Shown here: in pieces, positions 49,916-59,786 of the stretch
Numbering within the stretch: position 1 is the stretch's first letter
Layout of the letters: each line of letters starts with the position of its first letter
Origin: Spirochaetaceae bacterium
GTDB taxonomy: Bacteria > Spirochaetota > Spirochaetia > DSM-2461
Reading direction: 5' to 3'
DNA: 64,000 bases
Assembly: GCA_051531975.1 (NCBI GenBank)
Contig: JAOPTT010000011.1
Coordinates: 1-64,000 of the forward strand
Notes under the pieces: model-generated
The model's database searches: none
Seen by the model: only the letters and a program-made list of their open reading frames with translations
Told to the model about the DNA's origin: nothing
Program-made: the position numbers and the translations under genes

Positions 49916-50488
49916 TTATTGATTTATAAGTAAGTTTTTATAGTTTTCATCAGTATCTACATCCATGTATATTCCATCTGTATTCACAGGAACAAGACGT
50001 GTAGGGTAGATAGATAATAATTTCTTCATGGAGCTATCGACCTTCTCTGCCAATATTGTTTCAATTATTGTTTGTGGAAGTAGAACAGGATGTCCTCTTT
50101 TATCATTAAAAACAGGGAAAACAGCTTTGTTACCTTTAAACTTTGATAGTTTTTGGTAAATACTAGGAGGAATTAGAGGTAGATCACCATGGGTAATAAA
50201 AAAATATTCAGATTTTACAATACTTACACCTGTTTGAACCGATGTAAACATGCCTTTTTTGAACTCTTTATTTTCTATTATGATTATATTTTCCCATTGA
50301 CCTAATAATTCTATTAACTCAAAGCTTCTATATCCAACTACAACAATAACTCTTTCACAAACTGCTAAGGCATTATCTATTGTGGTTTCTATTAAACTTT
50401 TACCAGCAAATGGAAGTAACATCTTCCATGTACTCATCCTAGAGGACATTCCTGCTGCAAGGATAATGCAATCAATATCAATCTTCAT
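49916..50488 (-). CDS. mocA: Molybdenum cofactor cytidylyltransferase (MocA/YgfJ family)
   Basis: LAAGMSSRM, K.LL, GM..S, GDLP, GHPV, DVDT; adjacent to the Mo-hydroxylase cluster. Confidence 0.88.
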   Translation of the reverse strand: MKIDIDCIILAAGMSSRMSTWKMLLPFAGKSLIETTIDNALAVCERVIVVVGYRSFELIELLGQWENIIIIENKEFKKGMFTSVQTGVSIVKSEYFFITHGDLPLIPPSIYQKLSKFKGNKAVFPVFNDKRGHPVLLPQTIIETILAEKVDSSMKKLLSIYPTRLVPVNTDGIYMDVDTDENYKNLLINQ

Positions 50489-50622
50489 ATCAAAATATTA
50501 TAGCATTATTCCAGAGAATTTCCCAAATTTCTTATTTAAATGTAAACTAATAAATTATAGTTACATAAAAATATAATTTGACAGTTACTATAATTATTCC
50601 TATTGTAATATTGGAGATAAAT

Positions 50623-51540
50623 ATGGCATGGGTTAAACACAATAATATAATAATAATGGACTTTATAAAAAACTACTGTAATGAAAACAGATATAACCTC
50701 AATAGTTTTGAACCCTGGAAAGAAGGAGCATCTAACTCTATATGGAAACTAGAATACGACAATAAAAAATGTGTTTTAAAAGTTGGAAAACTGGATTATT
50801 GGAGAAAACTAGATATAGAAAGTAAAATCCTAAAAATTGGACAAGGGTTATATACTCCAGAATACATTGATTCAGGAAAAGCATCTGAATCGATTCCGTG
50901 GGATTGGGCCATTATTAAAAGAATAGATGGTACTCATCCTTTTTCTATAGAAGATGAAGATTTAGAAGAATTATCAAAATTGCTTTTATATATTAGAAAA
51001 GAAATACAACCAAAGAACCTTTCAAAAGGTGATTGGAAATCTTTTTTAAATACTAGAATAATAGAATCTATAAATATGGCAAGAAAAAACGCTCCAGAAA
51101 GAATAATGAATCGATTTGATAATATTCTAAATCTACTTAAATCATGTGATGAAATTGGAGAAAAACTGGATAATCAACCAATGGGTATCATCCAGGGAGA
51201 TTTTACACCATTAAATTTAATAAAAAAAAGGGATGGTTCATTTACCTTACTTGATTGGGAGAATCCAAGGTTAGGGAGTATAGCTTGGGACCTATCCAAC
51301 ATAAAGAAATCTTTTAACCTAACTGACCGGGTTTTTAAGCATCTAGTAAATGTTTTTGATCAGGATATAGATTATAATATATTAAATTTCACCTCTTCAC
51401 TTTACAATTTACATGTTGCTTCATGGAGAATAGAAATGTGGTATGGCAGAGAGAAAAAAGATTACGGGGATCTGTTTTTAATTGAGATGGGAGAAGAACT
51501 TGCAATATCAGAGTTTTATCTCAAACTGATATTAAACTAA
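50623..51540 (+). CDS. APH/choline-kinase family phosphotransferase
   Basis: GASN, VLK, QGDFTPLN, LDWE, WDL; start placed at the ATG after GGAG (uncertain). Confidence 0.78.
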   Translation: MAWVKHNNIIIMDFIKNYCNENRYNLNSFEPWKEGASNSIWKLEYDNKKCVLKVGKLDYWRKLDIESKILKIGQGLYTPEYIDSGKASESIPWDWAIIKRIDGTHPFSIEDEDLEELSKLLLYIRKEIQPKNLSKGDWKSFLNTRIIESINMARKNAPERIMNRFDNILNLLKSCDEIGEKLDNQPMGIIQGDFTPLNLIKKRDGSFTLLDWENPRLGSIAWDLSNIKKSFNLTDRVFKHLVNVFDQDIDYNILNFTSSLYNLHVASWRIEMWYGREKKDYGDLFLIEMGEELAISEFYLKLILN

Positions 51541-51698
51541 ATAATAACTCAAGTCTTGTTGTTTTTTATTTGATGATAATATTGATGCAAAAATAAGTAT
51601 TAGAGGAATTTAATTCTTTCTAACTGTCATTATGTGGAGATTCAAAGATGAGTTTTTTATATCTTTGATATGATTCGTAAAATTAGGAGTAGTTAATA

Positions 51699-52676
51699 AT
51701 GAAAAAACAAAAATCTATCTTGGCAGTTGGCACTTTAATCGTTGATATAATTACAGAAAAATTAGACGCTATTCCTGATCCAGGTTGTTGTGTAATTGGT
51801 GAAGTATCAATTAATTTAGGTGGAAATGCATATAGTAGTTCTGTTAATCTGAAGAGACTATTAACAGAAAATGAGAGAGTTATTTGTTGTAGTATTATTG
51901 GTTCCGATTTATATGGTTTGATGTTTAGAGATAGTTTAAGAAACGAATCAATTGAGCTAAGTTTAACTGAGATATCTGGTAAAACAACATCTTCAAATTT
52001 GATAATTCAGGAAAAATATGTGGATCGCAGGTATGTGTTTAACCCAGCTGTATGTGATATGTTCGATTTTTCGAAGATTATTACTGAGCTAAAAGTTCAT
52101 AATCCTGAAATAGTTGTTTTTGGAGAGTTGCCATCTATTGATCTCGTGGGTGATAAATTTATAAAATTATTGACGGAAGTTAAGTCTAATTTTAATAATA
52201 TTATTGCTCTTGATTTATTAGTAACAGAATTTGAATCTTATTCGTGGTTATGTAATGATTGGGATAAAATTGATATACTTCATTGTAATATCGGTGAAGG
52301 TCGACATGTATCAAAGGAGGAAAATCCTTTAGAGATTGCAAATTGGTTTTCTAAGCAAGGAGTCGTTTTTTCAATTGTTACAGATGGTAAAAATGGGGCA
52401 CATTGTGTATTTAATTCAATGTATTTTCATGTCCCAGCTTTTTCTGAAAATGAAGTTGATGCTACTGGTGCTGGAGATGCAATGTTTGCGGGTTTTTGTT
52501 CTAAAATATTGAATGAATTAGATGATTCTAACAAATTTGAAGCAATCAGCGTTGAAAAAATGATTGAATTTGTAAGGTTTGGTAATGCTTGCGGTGCTAT
52601 TGCTGTCCAAGAACTCGGATGTGTAGGAAAAATAAATGGAACAATAGTTAATAAATATTTAAAGATAAACTCGTGA
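51699..52676 (+). CDS. PfkB family carbohydrate kinase
   Basis: GGNA, N..E, VT.G..GA, DATGAGDA..AG. Confidence 0.9.
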   Translation: MKKQKSILAVGTLIVDIITEKLDAIPDPGCCVIGEVSINLGGNAYSSSVNLKRLLTENERVICCSIIGSDLYGLMFRDSLRNESIELSLTEISGKTTSSNLIIQEKYVDRRYVFNPAVCDMFDFSKIITELKVHNPEIVVFGELPSIDLVGDKFIKLLTEVKSNFNNIIALDLLVTEFESYSWLCNDWDKIDILHCNIGEGRHVSKEENPLEIANWFSKQGVVFSIVTDGKNGAHCVFNSMYFHVPAFSENEVDATGAGDAMFAGFCSKILNELDDSNKFEAISVEKMIEFVRFGNACGAIAVQELGCVGKINGTIVNKYLKINS

Positions 52677-52855
52677 ATTATTCCCGCAATTTAAACAGTA
52701 GATAACATACTCTAAGAGAGGTGCATCCAGCACATCGCCTAACAACGAAATTGAATTATTAAAGGTTATATATTAATTCTCCAACCATATATTTTCTAAC
52801 TGATTATAAACTGCGAGTATAACACCGAGTATTGTAAAAAAGTAAAATTAAAAGT

Positions 52856-53839
52856 CTACTGCTTTTTTAGCCAAGATACAGTTTTGTTAACTCCATCGTT
52901 AAATGCGTATTTGGCTTTATATCCATCATTTTTTGCTTTTGAAAGATCATAAAAATATACACTTTTAGCTATACCATCAACAATATCCATTGTTAATTGG
53001 GGTTGAAATCGAAATACCTTCCCTATAAAACCAAGAACAGATGCTATAACAAATGCAACACCGTAAGGCAGATGAACAATTTTTTTATTTGTACCAATCG
53101 AGTTCCTTAAATTCATTAAAACTTCTTCCAATGTAATTGGATCATCATCCGAGATAACATATGTAGTAATACCTGATTCATTTTTTTCAGTTAAACAAAT
53201 TAATGACCAAACCAAATTCCCAACATACATTATTGGAAAATAATTTTTAGTATCACCAATAATAAACATTGTCTTAGCTTTCATCTTGGAAAAAAGAATG
53301 GATGCAGCTGTAATAGGATTTGCCCGGGGTCCAAAGAATGGAGGGGGTCTAAAAATAACTGCAGTAATTTTATCTTTAGCTATCTCTGCAATTTTTTTCT
53401 CTGCGGCTAATTTAGATTTTCCATACATAGTTTGAGGTTTACAAGTTGAATCCTCATTCATTGGTTTTGCAACTGAGCCTAATGGACCAATTGCGGCCAT
53501 GCTACTAGGAAATACAAACTTAGCAGCCTTTTTGTTTATTGCGGCTTTTAAAACATTTTCAACTCCACCAACATTTAATGCATAGTATTGCTCTTCTGAT
53601 ACCTGAGCTTTACCAAGGTATGCTGCTAAATGATATACAATGTCATCTTTTTTAAGAAGCTTTTCGATACTCTCTTGGTTTAAAACATCTGCTGCTTGAA
53701 ACTCAACATCCATAGTTTTTATGTAATCTAAATTACATCCTTCTCTATCTACACATAAGACTGTATATTTTTGTTCTAATAATCCCTCAATTAGATGGGA
53801 TCCTAAAAAACCTGCACCACCAATAACTACTGCTCGCAT
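52856..53839 (-). CDS. NAD-dependent epimerase/dehydratase (extended SDR)
   Basis: GGAGFLG, YHLAA, SS, YGKSK. Confidence 0.9.
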   Translation of the reverse strand: MRAVVIGGAGFLGSHLIEGLLEQKYTVLCVDREGCNLDYIKTMDVEFQAADVLNQESIEKLLKKDDIVYHLAAYLGKAQVSEEQYYALNVGGVENVLKAAINKKAAKFVFPSSMAAIGPLGSVAKPMNEDSTCKPQTMYGKSKLAAEKKIAEIAKDKITAVIFRPPPFFGPRANPITAASILFSKMKAKTMFIIGDTKNYFPIMYVGNLVWSLICLTEKNESGITTYVISDDDPITLEEVLMNLRNSIGTNKKIVHLPYGVAFVIASVLGFIGKVFRFQPQLTMDIVDGIAKSVYFYDLSKAKNDGYKAKYAFNDGVNKTVSWLKKQ

Positions 53840-53841
53840 AC

Positions 53842-54861
53842 TTATATATCTCCTTTTTGAAGTCTGAATTCCTCAACACTTTTTGCCAATGTCTCTTTTA
53901 AAGTGAACTTTGGATCAAATCCTAATGTGTTCTTTGCCTTTTCAGTACTGTAATATCTATATTTTGAACCTGGAGCAAAAACCTCATATGTTAGTTTTGG
54001 TTCAGTCGATGAAAGGGATTCTAAAAGCGAAATAAAATGGGATAAAAAATTAACTGTTTTAAATGGAAGAACTTTTTTGGGAGGATCAACTTTTAAAAGT
54101 TCACATAGAGTATGAAACATCTCTTTAAAAGTATAATTACCACCTGTAAGTAGATACTGCTCTCCTATTTCCCCTTTTTCAGCCAATTCAACAAGGATCT
54201 CTGCTAAATCTCTAACATCGATAGCAGCGAAACCACCTGGCATAATCCCAGGAACTTTTTTATTATCTAAATTAATCATCAATTTAAACAAATTTTTATC
54301 TCCAGGGCCAAAGATAGTACTTGGATTTACAATTATTGCAGGGAATCCTTCACTAATTGCTTTTTTGATACTCTCTTCCCCTTTGAATTTAGATAACATA
54401 TAAAAACACTTTTTGGCCCTAGACCAATCGAATTTAAAACTTTCAGTTGCAGGAGAATCTTTATCATTATTATAACCTAACGCTGCAGTAGAACTGATAT
54501 GGATCATACGCTTAATATCATTATCTTTGCAGAGTTTAATTATATTTTCAGTTCCAACATGGTTTACATCAAATAATAGTTTTTTATCTTTTCTCCAAAA
54601 TGAGACTGCAGCTGCTACATGATATACAATATCAATCTCTTTAAAATGTGGCGCTAAAGTTTCAATATCAGTTAATGACGTATTGTAAATAATTTTTATC
54701 TCTTTTTGTTCACTAAAATCTGATAAGAAAAATGGTCTTCTGTTTCTGGCTAAAATTACAATATTAACATCTTTATATTTAAGCCGTAAGCTTTGAACCA
54801 AATGTTGACCAAGAAAGCCTAAACCACCTGTGACCAAGATATTTTTAATTTTTTTTGTCAT
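53842..54861 (-). CDS. NAD-dependent epimerase/dehydratase (extended SDR, HpnA/DFR-like)
   Basis: TGGLGFLG, YHVAA, ISSTAA, YMLSK, NPSTIFGPGD. Confidence 0.9.
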   Translation of the reverse strand: MTKKIKNILVTGGLGFLGQHLVQSLRLKYKDVNIVILARNRRPFFLSDFSEQKEIKIIYNTSLTDIETLAPHFKEIDIVYHVAAAVSFWRKDKKLLFDVNHVGTENIIKLCKDNDIKRMIHISSTAALGYNNDKDSPATESFKFDWSRAKKCFYMLSKFKGEESIKKAISEGFPAIIVNPSTIFGPGDKNLFKLMINLDNKKVPGIMPGGFAAIDVRDLAEILVELAEKGEIGEQYLLTGGNYTFKEMFHTLCELLKVDPPKKVLPFKTVNFLSHFISLLESLSSTEPKLTYEVFAPGSKYRYYSTEKAKNTLGFDPKFTLKETLAKSVEEFRLQKGDI

Positions 54862-54957
54862 AATTAATCCTCATTATGTAATTATGCTTTAGTATTAACT
54901 GATTTACCAACTTAGTTTTTTTATAATAAAATAATTTAAATCTTTTTGAAAAATTGT

Positions 54958-54985
54958 TTGACATAGTTTTGTTTTGCTGTACTAT
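54958..54985 (+). promoter_or_regulatory. Sigma70-type promoter of the permease operon
   Basis: TTGACA(54958-54963)-16-TACTAT(54980-54985). Confidence 0.5.
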
Positions 54986-55033
54986 ATGTGTATAACAGTT
55001 TGTTTGTTAAAAATAATTTATTAAAGGATACCG

Positions 55034-55936
55034 ATGTTAAAACAAAAATTTAAAACTAGTTCTTTTCTTTTTAAAATCTTTTATAATTTTATTATTCCCA
55101 TTGTTTCTATTTTACTGTTGGCATCCCTTCCTCTTGTAATTGGAAATAGTGACGGAAAAATACGTTTTAGATTTTTATATCTATTACTTACATCGGATTA
55201 TATTAAAGGAATATTTGATGGATCATCTTTTGTATTCAATGTAGCGAATTTTAGGTGGAATGCATTTATTCATCTACCAAAATACTTTTTAGTAACACTC
55301 TTTTATGTAGGTATCTCATCATTTATAGGAATAGTTATAGGCTTCCCAATAGGTTTATTAAGATATAAAAAGCAGATATCTAAGTCACAAAACATCCTTA
55401 ATTTTATAAGTTCTATTCCCGATTTTATTATTATTCTTTTTTTGCAACTTTTTGCAGTTTATTTTAAATCTATTACAGGTGTACGATTTGCAAAAATATC
55501 AGGGTTGGGATCATTGCCTCTTCTACTTCCGTTCATCGCTATGAGTTTATATCCTGTCATATATGTAATTAAACAGGTGAGCCGTGGGGCTTATGAAGTT
55601 AGTTGTCAGAATTATATTCAGTTTGCCCGGGCAAAAGGATTAAAAAGAAGTAAAATAATTTTTTCTCATATTATACCAGCACTTCTTCCTGGATTATCTG
55701 TAGATGTAACCAAAGTAACTACGCTTGTTCTGGCAAATGTTTTTATTACAGAACGTCTGTTTAGGATAACAGGGATAACCACTTTTATGTTTAAATATTC
55801 TTTTCTGAGTGAAGGTGGATATCAATTTGGTTTTGTTGTTTCATGTCTTTTATATATTTTTCTTATTTATTTAATAGTCAGTATTTCATTAAAATTAATT
55901 ATCTACTGCATTAGGATAATAGGAGGTGGTTTATGA
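55034..55936 (+). CDS. ABC transporter permease, OppB/DppB-like
   Basis: Multiple TM segments; EAA loop YIQFARAKGL; ERLF..G. Confidence 0.85.
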   Translation: MLKQKFKTSSFLFKIFYNFIIPIVSILLLASLPLVIGNSDGKIRFRFLYLLLTSDYIKGIFDGSSFVFNVANFRWNAFIHLPKYFLVTLFYVGISSFIGIVIGFPIGLLRYKKQISKSQNILNFISSIPDFIIILFLQLFAVYFKSITGVRFAKISGLGSLPLLLPFIAMSLYPVIYVIKQVSRGAYEVSCQNYIQFARAKGLKRSKIIFSHIIPALLPGLSVDVTKVTTLVLANVFITERLFRITGITTFMFKYSFLSEGGYQFGFVVSCLLYIFLIYLIVSISLKLIIYCIRIIGGGL

Positions 55937-56829
55937 ATCTTGAGTTTAAAATAGGATCAATACTTCTTGGTCTTTTAATTCTCTTATCAGTAGTTGGACC
56001 TTTTTTTGCTCCTTTTGAACCAGATCATTCTGAATCATTACGTACTGTAATAGTTAATGGAGAAAAGGATTATATCTTTGCTCCTGAGTATCCGAATAGC
56101 AGACATCCCCTTGGTACCGATAAAGATGGATATGATACTCTTACAATGTTATTATACGGAGCTAAATATACTTTAGCATCTTGTTTTCTTATTGCTCTAT
56201 TTCGGATAATACCAGGATTGATGATTGGATTATATGCAGGAATGAAAAAAAAATCTTCAAAAAAACTTGAATCAGTTGGAGCTATTCCTTCTTTTATTAT
56301 CCTCTTTTTTCTATTAGCGGGATTAACATTTAATACTACAATGGGAACTGTCCAAGTCTTTTTTTTACAGGTTATTTTTATTGCATCTGTTGGTATCCCC
56401 GGGGTAATAACATCCATTCAGGATAAAACATGGTTATTGTCAAAAAGGGTTTATATAGAAGCTGCCAGATCCTGTGGAGCAGGTGATTTTAGGCTTGCAT
56501 TTGTTCATATTTTTCCCAATTTAAGAGGGACAATTTTTACTATTTTTATTACTGAGTTAATTAGTTCTCTTAATATTATTGGCCAGCTGGCTATATTCAG
56601 TATCTTTCTTGGGGGAACCATTGCTACTAACTCTCCTCCATTACTTCATTCCGTAACAAATGAATGGATGGGAATTATAGCTCTATCAAGAAATGCACTA
56701 AGCTCCAAACCATGGATGTTATTTATTCCATTGGCTGCTTATCTACTGATTCTTATATCATTTAATATGATTTTACAGGGAATTGAAAAACATTATGGGA
56801 GAAAATATGGTAAAACACCTTTTGTATAA
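55933..56829 (+). CDS. ABC transporter permease, OppC/DppC-like
   Basis: HPLGTD..G.D, LLYGA, YIEAARSCGA, HIFPN; ATGA overlap with the upstream gene. Confidence 0.88.
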   Translation: MNLEFKIGSILLGLLILLSVVGPFFAPFEPDHSESLRTVIVNGEKDYIFAPEYPNSRHPLGTDKDGYDTLTMLLYGAKYTLASCFLIALFRIIPGLMIGLYAGMKKKSSKKLESVGAIPSFIILFFLLAGLTFNTTMGTVQVFFLQVIFIASVGIPGVITSIQDKTWLLSKRVYIEAARSCGAGDFRLAFVHIFPNLRGTIFTIFITELISSLNIIGQLAIFSIFLGGTIATNSPPLLHSVTNEWMGIIALSRNALSSKPWMLFIPLAAYLLILISFNMILQGIEKHYGRKYGKTPFV

Positions 56830-58210
56830 ACTAATCCTACTTCTTTTACTTATTTCTCTATTTTCATGTAACAAACTAAGGCAAATAGAGAATATAGATG
56901 TTTCAAAAATCACTATCGATTTTGAAATAGATGAATCACTTAGATTCTATAGTGGAAATATGAGTTTTGAATATGTTAATACTACTTTATCTGCAATTAA
57001 TTCGGCAGGATTTTTTCTTCTTCCTAATGAAACCGGAGGATCTTTAATAATAAGTACCGTAACAGCTGATAACTGGGATATCAAATATAATACAGATAAA
57101 TCTGTCTGTACTGTTTTATTTGATAAAAAAATTCCCATCGGTGAGACTGTTATTATTAATATGGAATTTAGTGGAACCATCCCTAAGGTTCTTGAATCTC
57201 CAGGAATATTTTTCAGTGCAAATGGAGCTATAGCACTTGGATCTTTTTATCCACTTCCAATCCCTTTTAATGATGAGGGATCTTTTGACATTGTTTATGC
57301 TCCAGATAGTGGTGATGTGGTTGAATCTATTTTGAGTATTTTTCATGTAAGTTTTACAGCGACCGAAGATTTACAGTTTGCTGCCAGTGGTTTAGTAAAA
57401 AAAGGTAAATTAAGAGATAATAAAAGAAGTTTCTCGGTTGAAACAGGACCTGTGCGTGATTTTTTTATGGTTGGATCAAAAAACTGGGGGAAAGTTTCAA
57501 AAATAATTAATGGTATAAAAATAACTTCATGGTATCCTAAAGGAAGAATGCAACAGGGGATAGATGCACTTTATAGTACAGAATATTCACTAAAAGTATT
57601 TGAAGATAAACTAAGTCCATATCCATATAATAGTATGAACATTGTAAGTGCACCTCTTGGGCCTCTGTTTGGAGGTATGGAATATCCAGGTATTATTGTT
57701 TTGCATGATGATTATTATACTGATAAAAATTCTTATGGTTTGGAAGGTACTTTGGCTCATGAAATAGGTCATCAGTGGTTTTATAATCTTGTAGGAAATG
57801 ATCCTGTAATGGAACCCTGGTTAGATGAGACCATGACACAATACTTAACATGGTTATATTTTGAGGCTCAATATGGATCTCGTGCAGGAAACAGTGTTTT
57901 TGCATCATTTAATAAAAGATGGTCAAGGATTCAAAGAAAACCTAAGGCTCTTAATCTTAGTGCTGATGAATATAATGGAAAAGAATACGGAGCTATCCTA
58001 TATGGTAAAGGTCCTTTGTTTCTTTTTGCATTAAAAGCAAAATTCGGCGATGAACTATTCAATCAGTTTTTAGTTGATTATATAAATGAGTTTAGGTGGA
58101 AAAGAGTAACAACTGAAATTCTTCAGAATTATATGTTTAAATATTTTGCAGAAGAGGGTGACCTAATGTTTAGAAAATGGGTCTATGAGGAAGATAATTC
58201 CGCACTGTGA
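56807..58210 (+). CDS. M1 family (gluzincin) aminopeptidase, predicted lipoprotein
   Basis: GGMEYPG, HEIGH-x18-E, YGKG; signal ending LFSC; start at ATG 56807. Confidence 0.88.
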   Translation: MVKHLLYKLILLLLLISLFSCNKLRQIENIDVSKITIDFEIDESLRFYSGNMSFEYVNTTLSAINSAGFFLLPNETGGSLIISTVTADNWDIKYNTDKSVCTVLFDKKIPIGETVIINMEFSGTIPKVLESPGIFFSANGAIALGSFYPLPIPFNDEGSFDIVYAPDSGDVVESILSIFHVSFTATEDLQFAASGLVKKGKLRDNKRSFSVETGPVRDFFMVGSKNWGKVSKIINGIKITSWYPKGRMQQGIDALYSTEYSLKVFEDKLSPYPYNSMNIVSAPLGPLFGGMEYPGIIVLHDDYYTDKNSYGLEGTLAHEIGHQWFYNLVGNDPVMEPWLDETMTQYLTWLYFEAQYGSRAGNSVFASFNKRWSRIQRKPKALNLSADEYNGKEYGAILYGKGPLFLFALKAKFGDELFNQFLVDYINEFRWKRVTTEILQNYMFKYFAEEGDLMFRKWVYEEDNSAL

Positions 58211-58224
58211 TAACAGGAGAAAAA

Positions 58225-59022
58225 ATGAAAAAAATATATGGCGAGTTAAAAAGTGGTGAAACAAATCCTTCACCAGAAATTGATTGCTACATTCCAAAAA
58301 GTAATCCAAAAGGCATTGGTATCATCATTTTTCCTGGAGGAGGATATGGTGATTTAGCAGAGCATGAAGGCAAAGGTTATGCTGAGTATTTTAACGATTA
58401 TGGTATTGCAGCATTTGTTGTTACATATAGATTAGGTTCTAATGGTTTCCGACATCCAGCAATGTTAGAAGATGCCCTTGCCGCTATCAGTACTGTTAGA
58501 TCACGAGCTTCTGAATTCGCGGTTGATCAACATAAACTAGGCATCATGGGTTCATCCGCTGGTGGACATCTTGCTGCACATACTCTTGTTGCTTGGGATA
58601 AATATAAAAGTAATATCTCTTTACGGCCAGATTTTGGTATTCTTTGTTATCCAGTTATTGTTTCAGAGGGTAAATATACCCATGAAGGTTCTATTCAGAA
58701 TCTTGCTGGTATCAATCCTTCTCCGGAACTTCTACAAGAGATATCTTGTGATAAACATGTTTCAACAAATACTCCACCATGTTTTATATGGCACACAGGT
58801 GAAGACATATGTGTTCCTCTTGAAAATAGCATGTTGTTTGCTACAGCATTGAGAAATTCTGGTGTTCCTTTTGAGTTACATCTATATACAAAAGGTGGAC
58901 ATGGACTTGGTTTAAATGCACCTTTTACTTGGGGTTCTGATTGCATTAGATGGGTAGAGGATAATATTAAAACTGGATGTAAAGTCATAACAAGTAAACC
59001 TATAAAACCTAAAGATTTATGA
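58225..59022 (+). CDS. Alpha/beta hydrolase (acetyl esterase/BD-FAE-like)
   Basis: PGGGY, GSSAGG nucleophile, D..VP, GHG; ATG after AGGAG. Confidence 0.9.
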   Translation: MKKIYGELKSGETNPSPEIDCYIPKSNPKGIGIIIFPGGGYGDLAEHEGKGYAEYFNDYGIAAFVVTYRLGSNGFRHPAMLEDALAAISTVRSRASEFAVDQHKLGIMGSSAGGHLAAHTLVAWDKYKSNISLRPDFGILCYPVIVSEGKYTHEGSIQNLAGINPSPELLQEISCDKHVSTNTPPCFIWHTGEDICVPLENSMLFATALRNSGVPFELHLYTKGGHGLGLNAPFTWGSDCIRWVEDNIKTGCKVITSKPIKPKDL

Positions 59023-59134
59023 ACTCCCACTCTCATATCAAAAGGGTATAGACATTAAGAAATCAAATATAATTTGATAAACACTTGGAATTAATTTAGA
59101 ATTAATAATGTAGTATAAAAATTGGAGACAAAAA

Positions 59135-59698
59135 GTGAAATTTAATATATATAGAAATATTGGGTTACTTTTATTTTTAACTCTTATTACAACAAATCTC
59201 ATAGCAAAATCTAATAATGAAACAGCTATTACAGAAGGTGAAACTCAACTAAATGATGATGGAACAAAAACAATCATTGTTAGTGGTATTACATTTACAT
59301 GGAAAATTGATGGAGAGTACCTATACGGTACTTTGGAATCTAAATATACAGGTTGGATTGCTATTGGTATTAATCCAAAGAATATGATGCAGGAAGCAGA
59401 TTTTGTTATCGGATATGTTTCTGATGGAGTAGTTAATATTAGAGATGACTATGGAAATTGGTTAACATCCCATGCAGCAGACGAAGAGTTGGGTGGTACA
59501 AATGATGTTGAGGCAATTACTGGATCAGAAAATGAAGATGGAACAAGATTTGAATTTAAAAGAAAAATTATTTCTACTGATGAGTTTGATAATACTATTA
59601 CACTAGGTGTAGAAACACCAGTTATTTTTGCTACAGGAAAAATCGATGATTATAATTCAATGCATACTGTAAAAGGTAAAGGAATTATAGTTTTTTAA
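59135..59698 (+). CDS. Secreted DOMON-domain protein
   Basis: Signal peptide; GWIAIG.NP..MM..AD..IG, D.Y, H..D, EFKR and C-terminal MH. Confidence 0.82.
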   Translation: MKFNIYRNIGLLLFLTLITTNLIAKSNNETAITEGETQLNDDGTKTIIVSGITFTWKIDGEYLYGTLESKYTGWIAIGINPKNMMQEADFVIGYVSDGVVNIRDDYGNWLTSHAADEELGGTNDVEAITGSENEDGTRFEFKRKIISTDEFDNTITLGVETPVIFATGKIDDYNSMHTVKGKGIIVF

Positions 59699-59786
59699 AT
59701 ATATATTGTGAACAATCTTTAAATTTATAAAAACTATTTTATGTGACCGAGAATAGGATCATATGTAAAAAAAGTTGGAGGACAAA

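Noticed and set aside
52677..52855. Complete integron attC site
   Set aside because: Several TAAC-type boxes but no complementary GTTRRRY arm forming the attC hairpin, and no integrase in the window
59707..59764. CRP-like TGTGA boxes upstream of the lipoprotein gene
   Set aside because: No TCACA half-site at the N6 spacing
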